From positions 747,895 to 811,894 of the forward strand of contig MU004244.1 of the NCBI GenBank assembly GCA_010405405.1: a DNA stretch of 64,000 nt. The letters are read 5' to 3'. How positions within the stretch are numbered: position 1 is the first letter of the stretch; each line of letters starts with the position of its first letter. Shown here one piece after another: positions 28,371 through 39,445 of the stretch. The position numbers were made by a program, and so were the translations under genes. Below the pieces are notes generated by a model. The model ran no database searches, was not told the origin of the DNA, and worked only from the letters and a program-made list of their open reading frames with translations. This DNA is from Microthyrium microscopicum (taxonomy: Eukaryota).

Positions 28371-29668
28371 ATGGCTTCTACTACAGAGCCTCTCGACCTG
28401 TACGACATCGCCTTACTGATAAGTTATGAGTATACTTTGGCCAAGCCTGAATTTCGTGGCGCAAGACTCATCGACGTGGTAAGTTCTCACTGCGAAACCC
28501 GACTAATCAGAAAATGGTCGATCATCTGTAGCGGAGACAGTAGTGGTTCATTAAGGCTATCTAACATTGCTTCTAGACAAGCCGCGACAAACTCTTTCCC
28601 ATGTTACCAGGCTGGAATGAGGGCATTCCAGAATGGCGAGTCATCCCAGGCCAGTCTCGAGAGGCATATCTGTTTGACAAGACAATCCCCAACACTTCAT
28701 CTGAGCCCGATTCTCCCTCCAATCTGTTATGGGAAAAAATGTTTCCAGGAGATAATATTCCCTTCTTGCGCAATGGACAACCTGCAGCAGTCTCACTACT
28801 GTCGCCTCGCGAATTGGAAACAATCTTCTACACATCTCGCAACTTCAATGCTTGTGGCCAAACTACCGGAGTACTGTGGCGTGTATTAGACATGTACTCA
28901 AAAGATCAGCGGATTCGCATTCGTACGACCACTGGTAAAATGTTCACTACCACCGTCGATCGCCGGTTCTTTCAACGCCTAATATTACATCGACCCAAGA
29001 AATTGACTGTCATCGTAGCCAAAGTGCATGACTCGGCTACAGAGGAGAGTGTCTGGTTCACAGGTGCGAAAGCCAGCATGAACCACATGACCATTGGATT
29101 CTTCGCCGAGCATGAAAATAAAGTCAGTGTGGTGCTTGATCTCTCCTCTATGCAGTTTGGAGAGCTTGGTCGTGGTGAGTACTCATTCTTATCTGGCTGA
29201 TTGAAGACTAGTTCCACTGTGATCGGTCTGTGTCTGTACCTGCTAACTTCATAAGGCCTCAAATCGAATGGCATGTTTGCTTTGGAAAGCACCACCCAGT
29301 ACCATGAGAGACTCAAGACTCTAGCCGGAAACGTCGAGCATATTGCGGATTATCGCTATACCACCGAACAAGGAAAAGCGACACCGGAATGGGCAAAAGA
29401 TGTTTCGAGACGGGTCAAGGAGCGATGGGATCGACGAGATACTGACCCGTGGTGTGGCCACTGTGGTGCTCCATCAACTGTTGGAAAGCCGTTGAAGAAA
29501 TGTATGCGTTGCCTTAAGGTATGGTACTGCGACGCGCAGCATCAAAAGGTGAATTGGCAGTTCCACAAACAGTACTGCAGTGGTCAGCTTGAAGTGATGA
29601 TTGCTCAAGAGGCTGCGGCACGAGATGAAAGCAAGATCATTCATTATCATCATTTGGTTGTTGAATAA
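28371..29668 (+). CDS. Protein with C-terminal MYND zinc finger (3 exons)
   Basis: C-terminal CGHCG..LKKCMRCLKVWYCDAQHQKVNWQFHKQYC; introns ~28479-28576 and ~29175-29255 link ORFs 28371, 28601 and 29273. Confidence 0.82.
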
Positions 29669-30391
29669 GCAGGTCATGGGGGAACCATTTGCAACCCGTC
29701 CTGACTACTACTCTACTACCCTCGATGGTAATGTTGGACTCGCAGATCTTCTTGAGCAGGATTTTTCTCGTTGATGAATCAGGCTCTATGTTTGGATATA
29801 GTAGGTGTTAGTGGAACAAAATTGGTGTTTAAAGGGAGTGTGTGTGGACATAGGGACAGTTTTCAGTTGGCCTCAGATCCAACAGGTTCTGTACTGAAAT
29901 CAAAATTTGACTTTCGATATGCTCTACTTCCAGCCCTTGAAAAGTTTGCCTTTCATCATATGCGTATAGAATCATGCAAATATGTGCTTAAAACAGGTGG
30001 CGTTTGTTGCCCTCCAGACCATTTTTGACTGAAAATGTTGACTCCTTGTAAATTTGCCAGACAATCCCATGCTAGAGTAATAACATGATTGCTTTGCAGT
30101 AGTGCCAGCAGATTGACGTATAGCGATGTAGCTGACAATGAATCCGATACTTCAAAGTTGCACGAACAAGTTAAATATAGGTAAGAAGAGTTCATTGTCG
30201 AATATTATGTATATCATCTAGTAAGAGACTACGCGGGGGATATTTTGCGACCCAAACTCCGCGCGAAAAGTCGCTGTAAAATGCTAAAATGCTTCAAAAT
30301 GCTGAGAACGCTCAAATGCCGAAATGCCCCAGTACCGTGCTATGCAAAAAAAAATTCAAAAACAGAAAGACAAATCGCCCACTCAAGGTCT

Positions 30392-31144
30392 CTACTTGCG
30401 CTTCTGAAGACCGCACTTCTTCAAGCAAGCCTCAACACCAAGTGCAACATTCGGCGGAATCTGAGATCTGAACTTCTCTAGATCCACGCCCTCAATGACC
30501 TCTGGGTTTCCCAGAGTAGCCCGCACAACCTCGTCTTGTAGCGCAAACAAGGTCTGAGCCGCCTGCTGAACACCAGGATCTTCGTTGTTGAATCCAGCGA
30601 CGAATGTGGCTGGCGTACAGTCAGGGTTGAACTCAGTATGCAGCACACCTTGTGGAAACACAGTCATTTGGAACTTTTCGACTGTGTTGACGATAACCTT
30701 CTCGCCTTGGCCGGTGGTAAAGTCTGCGACCAGACGGCCATCGACGACAATGTTGATTTCGGTAGCGCGAGGATGTGTGTGAGGTGTGTTGAAGCCGCAT
30801 CCGTCGAGGAAGCCGAGGGTCATTGATACGCCGGTTTCTGTGAGGGGTGGGAAAGAGAGACGATCGGCTCTAACTGTGCGGCCGCCTTTGCCTTCAGTTA
30901 CGGAGCCGGATGGTGGGTCTTGAAAGTCAAAGAGCCAGTCGAGGTCATTGGGAATTAGAGCTAATCGATCGGCATCGGTGGCAGCGGTTTTGAGTTGTAC
31001 GACAAGGGAGCGGTCGTTTGCTGTTCCGTTGATGGTTCCATTTTTGGGTTTGCTGGCTGGCTCGGCAGATTGTTGAGGAGTTGGAACAGCTACCACGAGA
31101 CTGGCTAGTAGTGCAATAGGAAGAACAAATGATGATGTATACAT
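30392..31144 (-). CDS. Secreted germin/spherulin-like cupin
   Basis: Signal peptide; germin box GCGFNTPHTHPRATE and FPQGVLHTEFN; single exon, 250 aa. Confidence 0.93.
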   Translation of the reverse strand: MYTSSFVLPIALLASLVVAVPTPQQSAEPASKPKNGTINGTANDRSLVVQLKTAATDADRLALIPNDLDWLFDFQDPPSGSVTEGKGGRTVRADRLSFPPLTETGVSMTLGFLDGCGFNTPHTHPRATEINIVVDGRLVADFTTGQGEKVIVNTVEKFQMTVFPQGVLHTEFNPDCTPATFVAGFNNEDPGVQQAAQTLFALQDEVVRATLGNPEVIEGVDLEKFRSQIPPNVALGVEACLKKCGLQKRK

Positions 31145-31840
31145 GATGAACAGGATGGTAGTCGGCTTGAGGGATAATAGTGGATATTAGATTGATGGTG
31201 TTTGTGTTGGAGGAGTTGATGGATTTGATATCATAACTTGAACAGTGAGGACAGTGCACTTTTATAATAAAATATTTGCGTAAACGCGATAGTGACACTG
31301 ATTCAAACTAAGATATCTATACTTGAGAAGGAGGCGCATTTCCCATGCGCGAACTATTCTTGCTAGTTCATCAGCTTCGCCGAGGGCATTTGGGCGAAGA
31401 AGCTTGCAATAGCTTATGTTGCACTTGGCTGCTTTCCTACTGCAAGCCATGTAAGCATTTCATTTATTGCGGTTATGCCAAGGAGGACTTGTGCAAACAC
31501 ATTGGGGCAGTAATTCTTCACCTTGCCTAAACGAGGTTTGGCTAGTAATAATAGCGTCCGCATGTGGGCGTGGTAGAGAAAGATCGTCAAGGTTCCGCGA
31601 GGCTGAGTTAAGATCGTTATACGATCCTCAACTTTGCGGCCATAGCAAATCGGGTCTTCTTCGCTTCCACTATCACGCGTGTGTTAACCTCAATGGAGTC
31701 ACCGAGTTATACAAACCATCTACTCAGCACACAGAATTGCCGCCAGAAGGTAGTATCGATGTTTCCGAGGATGTTAGTACAACCAGGTACATTTCCGGTC
31801 AGCGATGTGTAAGGGCCAGACCATAAGGCTGCATGCTGGA

Positions 31841-31906
31841 TGATGACCTATCTCTGACACAAACAATGTGTAAAGTGGACTGCAGAGTTGATGACCTATT
31901 TCTGAC
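31841..31906. repeat. 18-bp direct repeat TGATGACCTAT(C/T)TCTGAC at 31841-31858 and 31889-31906
   Basis: 17/18 identity, read directly; ~700 bp upstream of the germin gene. Confidence 0.75.
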
Positions 31907-34045
31907 TGGATGAAGACGCGAAGTAGAAGTCCGGCATGCGTGAGTGGGCAGTGACTTGCGATGGAAAAGGTTACAAGGCCAGGGCGATGTTGATCATTTC
32001 CCGGTGCGAATGATGCTAATTTGCTAAGCCCGGGATCTAAATCGAGCCTAATTTAAGGTACATTCTTCATAATCTCCTAAAGAAGGAAGGCGTGTGATCT
32101 TAAAATAGCTTCAAGCTTTCTTTTTACAGCCTTGCATGACTTGAAATACCTCGACGTTCTTAACGCTCTAATGATAAATGTGAACACCAGATGTGGAATC
32201 ACGTTGGGCTTCCAGGATGTTCTACCTGTTTTGGCTTATTTCGGAATTGAGATTGCAATTATCAATTCGTATTATCTCTTTGGTTTGTACTATTCTATTC
32301 ATTCATCGATTCATAAACAGTTGATGGCTGGCCTTTTAGGCGGGTGATTTGAAAACTACCATTATTTCGTTTGTTGTATATAGTTTTTGGTTCTCTGTAG
32401 GTAATAAACTCTAAAGTTTGTATTGCTTTTTTTGACATTATTAGTTTCTAACTTGTTTCTTCTTTGAAATTATAGAATACCTAGAACACGACGTATGCTA
32501 GAAAGTGGTCGGAGTTTTTTTGCGGCTACATGTAACTAAAGGCATGCGACTTTACAGCAGTTGTCATTCGAAGCAGTCGAAGTTATTCAGGGAAAGCCAA
32601 ATTCAAAGCCGGAAATGCAGAATTGGTTCGCAAAGAGGCCGACTTGGGTAAACTGAGCAAGAACTACCAGATATTTACAGGACTCGGCATTGTCATAAAG
32701 CAGGAAGGAGAAAAGCACGACGCAGTCTACATGCTCACCAAATCTGGCGCACTGGCTTTCCGAATTGTTCAACCACAATTAAAGACAAGAGATTCTAAAA
32801 CCAAAATCGTGCAAATAATTCTCAGACACCTTAGGTGTGTACTAGCTAGAAAACACTAGGGTAGTTGATGATGTTTTTGTGGTTGTCTTCAATTTCTCCA
32901 AATCGTCTAGTACTAAATGCCTCTCGAATATATCTTCAAACTAAAAAATATATGCTTGTCACCCAGTGATCGATTCTTGTAGCTCCAAACAATAAGAATC
33001 TCAACATATTTCTCATGAACCAGAATTTACTGGCAACTCTCATTAGTCCTGTTCTTCTTTGGCAAAGCTCCAATCGCTCACAAACAGGCTTTGCAATCTC
33101 TTTTCTATTTAGTTCTCTTGTCGCTCAGTAAATCCTGAAAATTAGTAGAAAAATTGCTCTCTAACAATACTTCTACCTTGTCACATCATCAGCTCTTGCC
33201 ATGTCATCTAGATGAAAAAGTGTCAGAAACAATTTGCAGTGGATTGATAAGGTAGATATCAACTACTACTAATAAACTCATGTGCTGCCAAATGACAGGA
33301 GCGCGACGTCAGCAGCATGGATTGCAAACCATAAGCCAGAGACAGTAAGGGTAGTATCATTTGCCACTGATAAGGCTCTGGGATCTTCACACGTTCTCCT
33401 GGTTCAGGGGTTTGTACCGGTTATTGCCGCACTCATGGCATTTCTACCTTAAGATATGGACTTTTTGATTCCAGGATGGTTCCCGTCCTGGGGTCCGAAG
33501 ACAAATGTTAAATAAGTGTGACACTCGTATCCTTGCATCCTGTACGTTTCTCCTCACTTTTGAGTCTCCAAGGTTGACATCGACCGATGCTTTTGACTGA
33601 CGTTGCCCATATATCCTCCTTTCGAACAGAGCTGCGTTGGATTGTGCATGGCCCATGTGGAATGGTTTTGTTTTGCCGCTCCATGCCACATAATCCGAGT
33701 TATCCCACTTAAACCCAACCACTTATTCGTGTTGTATGTTATCCATAGCGCAGACTTCCTTAACGACCCGTTTTGTTGCAGCCTTCGCGGCTAGGTATAC
33801 CCCTTTCTGGTTATCTAGAGCGGGAAAGGACGTACTGTATTCTTTTCGAGGGTTGTGGAGTGATTTCTGACAAAATATATACCGTCTTGCTGTGATGTAA
33901 TAATGTTTTCGGATCGGATATTGTATCCTAATCGAAATTTCTAGAAATGAATACCTTGACGACTATACAAAACAACCCTCGCGTCTTCCTTTCACAGACC
34001 TTTGCAATCAACTTCGTTTCTCTGGAACTACGTCTTTTTTAGAAG

Positions 34046-34625
34046 ATGCCATCCACGAAATATTCAGCAACGCCTCAGCAGTCAACGATTATTTTTGCTT
34101 TGTACGAGACCAAAGCAGAAGCTCCTATCGTCGACCTCGAATACGACTTAACCGCAGTTACGGCTACCCCAATCAAACAGTCTCACGATATGGGGGATAG
34201 TGACTATTTCTCCGGCGTCTCAAGCTCTGATCTGTTTATCGAGGAAGCGACGGAAAATATAAAATCTCATATACGCAACATGGAAGCTGAGAAAGGTGGA
34301 AAGACCTCGAACATGGATGAGAAGGACCAAACCAGTGAGTATAACTCATACAGCTTGCATGTCCAGTCAGCGAATCGTCAACTAACTATCAGTAGCATTC
34401 AGAGTTGGTTGTATATGTGGTACAAATGGCGACAATCCCAACGGCATATCCTTTGCGAGACGGTTGGCGGACCAAGACTGGCCAGCTCAATGGCGGGCAG
34501 TGGTAATTCAGAAGCCATCTTCTTCCACAACTCCACCAGCAGATAATTCACCATCGGAGAGATCGCCATCAAAAAAATCCCCAGGGCGCTATCCAACCAA
34601 TGGGTACCGCATTTCAGGTGGCTGA
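34046..34625 (+). CDS. Small hypothetical protein, possibly a degenerate RapZ/YhbJ C-terminal-domain-like protein (2 exons)
   Basis: Intron 34335-34392/34395 (GTGAGT..CTAAC..CAGTAG) gives ...VDLEYDLT...DLFIEEATENIKSHI...FRVGCICGTNGDNPNGISFARRLADQDWPAQWRAVV...; stop 34623-34625. Confidence 0.6.
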
Positions 34626-35122
34626 TATGAGAATCTTCATCGGGTTGGGCAGCAATATAAAGAAGGCACACATGATTCCTTTTTCTCCTTGCATATCCTC
34701 AAAGCATTACATGAAACCATATAAAAGTTTTACAATGGCATGTAGTTGAATCTAGCGCACTTTTGCATCAATAGACGTTCTAAGCATTACTTGAATGCCG
34801 GCTACGCTAGTAGCTTCTAATTACTCATATTTGAAGACTAGTACCAGGTGCGACATCGTAAATGAACTTAGCATTGGCTTTACCTCCTTAATTGTATCCC
34901 GTCAAGTTGGTAAACTTTCACAAGATTGTGCGAAACCATCGTCATGACATCATCATCGTACTGAGTTGTCGAGAAAGACGTAGATGACGGAAAGTCTCGC
35001 CCCCTCTACAGTTGCTGAAGCTATGCCATCACAGTAAGGTTCAACTTTAAATTGCTTCGACATAAGTTGTTGCTGAATTTGTGCTTATCTCTAACTTCCT
35101 CACACAAACTCTAATATTCACC

Positions 35123-36429
35123 ATGCAATCCGTACTCCACAGTGTTGTTGGGCCGAAAAAAGAGATCCATGATCTTAATGGAAGAGTTGCAATTGTGACA
35201 GGTGGCGCTCTAGGCATTGGGTAAGCGTTATTCTCAGTTATTCACGTTTCCAATTCCTATCGAATTTACTGAATGGCAACACAGCTTTGAGATTAGCCGA
35301 GCATTTGTGCTCAATGGAGCCCGAGTTCTTATGACCAACCGTAAGAAAGAGCAGGGAGACGAAGCCATCAAGAAGATCAAGGACGAAGCTGGACAAGATG
35401 CAAAAATTGAGTGGTTTCCTTGCGATATGGGTAATCTCAAAGAAGTAAAAGAAGTCTTTGGCGGTATCGCCGAGCGTGAAGATCGACTTGATTTGGTAAG
35501 TCCAGACCACCATTTGAACCAAATTCATTACTTTGTAAGGTTCTACTGGCTGACTTAACTTAGTTGATTCTATCTGCTGGCATAAACACGAACCAGTACG
35601 GAGAGGACTCAGATGGCATTGATCGTCACTTTGGTGTAAACTGGCTTGGGCAATTCTACACAACCAACTTGCTCTATCCTTTGCTTCGCAAGACGTCCAA
35701 GATGCCAGATACACCAGCTCCACGCATTGTGTGGGAGTCATCAGAGATGCACCGCACTGCGCCATCTGGAATCCACTTTGGCTCCTTGGACGAAATCAAC
35801 AATCCAGACATAGGACCAACAGAGCTCTACGGACGAACTAAGCTAGCAATCATCCTGGGAGTGAAGTATGGGTTGGTTGAACGCGTAATCAAGCCCAATG
35901 GAGACAACATCTACGCCCTCTCGGTCCATCCAGGTGCGGTATGTCAGCTGAACAAACCTTCCTGGCCATTACATACATACCTTAGGTACTGACCTCAAAC
36001 TTTTCGCAGGTCAACACCGACATGCAGACGCAATGGAAAGACGCCTACCCTGGGCTTCTTGGCAAGCTACTCACTGTTGCAATGTTGTCGATCGGCAGAG
36101 ACCCAGAACAGGGCTCATTTAGCGCTTTGTCAGTGACTAATTTTTGAATGCAATTGGGCGCAGTGGGTTTGTCTAACAATCGACAGGTACGCCGCCACCA
36201 GTCCAGAGATTGAAGAAAAAGGATATAATGGCTATTACTTCAGTGACCCGGTAAGACCTATCTCTACTAACTCGTTTTCAATAAGGCGCTCAATGATGTA
36301 TAGGGACAACCAGGCAAAGAGTCCAAGCAAGCCTCCGATCCAGCTTTAGGCGCAGCTCTCTGGGATTTGAGTGCTCGTCTTATCAAAGAAAAGGTGGGCG
36401 ACGATGCTCTGGCGTCCTGGAGCGGATAG
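35123..36429 (+). CDS. Short-chain dehydrogenase/reductase (retinol-dehydrogenase/WWOX-like), multi-exon
   Basis: VAIVTGGALGIG|FEISRAF, RLDL|LILSAG, HFGVNWLG, YGRTKLA (YxxxK), VHPGA|VNT; five short introns; TAG at 36427-36429. Confidence 0.9.
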
Positions 36430-36658
36430 ACGGAGGTCACACATACCTACCTATAGTCATGAATAGAGTCGCGATCATACGATATAAGATATCAGTGAAT
36501 GAGATGCTCGTTTTATCGAAGCTTTTACAGGTGTGAGGCTCGTACTTACCTATTCAGAAGTGGAATATAATGGTATGAAATTTCTTGTTATTGTTTTAAC
36601 TTCCATGTGTATGCGATATATGCTTTGCCTGTCTCAACTCTAGGGCCTCGTTCACTAC

Positions 36659-37744
36659 CTACAGTCCGGCACTAAGAGTATACCCACCATCCACAGCCAA
36701 GTTCTGACCATTGATGTATTGGTTAACAACAAAATGAATTACGGCACGAGCCATGTCCTCCTCCTTGCCAGGTCGAGCTGCTGGCACTTTTCCTTCAAAC
36801 TGTTCCTTAGGTATATGACTCTTCTGGTCATCGCCACTGCCATCAGTTGTCATTTCGCTTGGGAATACACCAGGAGAGATCGAATTGACACGAATCTTCA
36901 GGCCGTTTTCAGCAATGGTATTGGCTAGCATACGAGTCAGATGAAGAGCGGCTGCCTTGCTAGCATTGTATTCGAAGTGGTGCTGTGGTGTCTTCACCAT
37001 TCCTGAGATGGATGCGATGTTGATTACTGTTCCGGAGTAATCTGTGTGGTGCTCGCTAGCCTTTTGAAGCAGCGGCGAAAAGGCCGTTGTCATGAAATAG
37101 ATTTGTGAGACGTTTGTTCGATAAGTGTCATTCCACATCTCAAAAGTCGCATTTTCCGGATCAAACAAGTTCTTCTTGAACTCATCCGCTGACTTGGCTT
37201 CGTTCTGAAAGGTGTCTCCAGCAATGCCTGCGTTATTGACAAGAACGCAGAGGCACTTTTCGCGACTGGAAATCTCTTCTACGAGTTTGGTGATGTCTTC
37301 TTTTTTGGTCACGTCGGCAGTGAGAGGAATAATCTCCCCGTCGATTCCATCTTTATATTTCTCGGCCACGCGATCCAGTTTTTCCGCTGTGCGGCCAACA
37401 ATATAAACCTTGGCGCCATTGACCGCGAGTGCCTGGGTTATCATGAGACCAATGCCAGAGCCGGCTCCAGTGACGAGTGCAACACGGCCTTTGAGATTGA
37501 ACAGAGCATTGCTGATCAGGCGGTCATTGGATTGGCGACCCATGATTGCGAAGTTTCGAGAATGTGAATATGTTGATTTGGGTTTTGAGATTGTCCGGGT
37601 TGCCGAGTTGGCTATATGTCGCGATGGTCCTTGTAGCAATTGAAATTGTTTAGTTTGTGAAAGGGTGAGTGTTGTAATGCGTATTGCTGAAGTCGCGAGT
37701 GATCTTTGAGCAGGCAGATGTGAAAAGAGTCGTAGTGTCGTCAT
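36659..37744 (-). CDS. Classical short-chain dehydrogenase/reductase
   Basis: LVTGAGSGIG, LVNNAG, YNASKAA, IRVNSISPG.FPSEMT, GQNLAVDGG; single exon; second in-frame ATG at 37543. Confidence 0.92.
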   Translation of the reverse strand: MTTLRLFSHLPAQRSLATSAIRITTLTLSQTKQFQLLQGPSRHIANSATRTISKPKSTYSHSRNFAIMGRQSNDRLISNALFNLKGRVALVTGAGSGIGLMITQALAVNGAKVYIVGRTAEKLDRVAEKYKDGIDGEIIPLTADVTKKEDITKLVEEISSREKCLCVLVNNAGIAGDTFQNEAKSADEFKKNLFDPENATFEMWNDTYRTNVSQIYFMTTAFSPLLQKASEHHTDYSGTVINIASISGMVKTPQHHFEYNASKAAALHLTRMLANTIAENGLKIRVNSISPGVFPSEMTTDGSGDDQKSHIPKEQFEGKVPAARPGKEEDMARAVIHFVVNQYINGQNLAVDGGYTLSAGL

Positions 37745-39283
37745 TTTAATGAAAATTTCAAGATGCAGAAGACTTAGTAGTCCTCTTGTCGGAAGGCATT
37801 CACGGACATGAAAGCTGCAATCGTCGATTTGATGCCAGTCGGTAATAAGATGACGCTATTGTCCCATGGCAAGTGTTCAGGTTCGCCGAAACCATCGTAG
37901 ACCCTAGTCAGTAGTCGTTATGATATCGCAAATGCTCATGTCTTGACGTAATCGGCGGATTTTCAAAGCAGCGGTACTGAGGTGTAATCGTCATGCTCCA
38001 AGAGCAGAAATTATGACACCACTGTCAGATCCATATTTACACCACTCATGATTGTGGAGAATTGGTTGCTAAAACCATATAGATGGTAAGTTGTTCATTC
38101 CATGTAGACTTTTTGGATCGATGCAGTTTTGAGCAGTTCTAGTTTGTCAGTCTACCACCAGTTATGCCCATTCGGAGTTTGCTCGTACTCAATCAGAAAA
38201 ATACAGTATGGCGAGCCTCAAAATCTCAAAAATGATGATGAAATCTGGCATCCACCCCTAGCCGTTGATCGACATACTTAGCGTCAGGGCACAACAACCG
38301 GATCAACGGACATGATGGGATTGTTGAGTTTGCCATAGCGCGCATGGTTATTGGGTCTAAATTCCATGTCAATCCTAAATTCCGTGTCATTAATGATTAC
38401 TCAGACATCGTGATCGGAGTATTTGTGATATACTTTGCATCGTATGATTGCCAACGTGGTAAATTCAGGATCTCGACCTGTTGCGAAGCGGAGGCCTGTC
38501 GTAGAGTTACCCGTGGTGCAGATGATTCGCAATGGCACACAGATGTTGTGTCTATATCAGGTTTCAAACATTGTGGTACCTTTCATTCACTGATTAGAAG
38601 CAACAACTTGTAATAAACAATTATTCAATGTCGGCTCTGCAGTGCATCTGGGGATCATTCGCGTACGAAAGAACTGAGCCCGAGAGCTAGCAGTGATTCC
38701 GCATGTTGTTCTCAGCGCCCTCACACTCACAAACTATGGCGAAAATCGATTCTGCATTGCATTGTCCGAGGTCAAAGTTGACAATAGTATAAATATACGA
38801 TACGTCCTACAGTGTTAGGTTTTGTCGTTGAGGCTCCAAAAAGGGGGGCGGGAACTGGGAACTAAAATAATCGGTTGAATGCCTGTTCCTGGCAAAGCGG
38901 GAGACCTAGCAGGGATCTGATCGTGGCTTCTTGGCTTCCACTTAGAGCCCAGAACGCCTATTTTTAACTTTACATCTTCTACACTTCTACCAGACCACGA
39001 TAGCTCTGCGAATGAGATATCACGGCGTATGGTATCTATGCGGTCTTTTTATTTCATCTCCTTTCTGGAGGCACGTGATGCATCCGACTGTTCCGTCGAT
39101 CCTCGAATAATAAGTCTCGTATAAGCCACCAAATTAATGCTGGGCTGGACGATCTACGCATTTCCCTAACGTTTCAGCAGATACTGCGCCTCATTCCAAT
39201 AGATCCTGATTCCTTGAAAGGCTTCATACGGTAGATCTTATATCACCTTTGCTTCCACAATGCGCCCACTACTTCAGGAAGTC

Positions 39284-39319
39284 CTTGGTTCTCTGTATTC
39301 TCTTGGTTCTCTGTATTCT
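39284..39319. repeat. 18-bp perfect tandem duplication CTTGGTTCTCTGTATTCT x2
   Basis: Read directly upstream of the HET gene. Confidence 0.8.
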
Positions 39320-39445
39320 TGAGACAATTGTCATCATTTCCAGGCTGCATTATCGTAAGATCTCACCATCATTTGATATCTCGAAGAGAAAGGAACAGTG
39401 GATCAGTACAGCATAGCTGGATGTCTGTCACAGTTATTACCCGCC

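Noticed and set aside
30278..30330. Short AAATGC-type tandem repeats
   Set aside because: Degenerate low-complexity repeat in the germin 3' region; no spacers, so not CRISPR-like.
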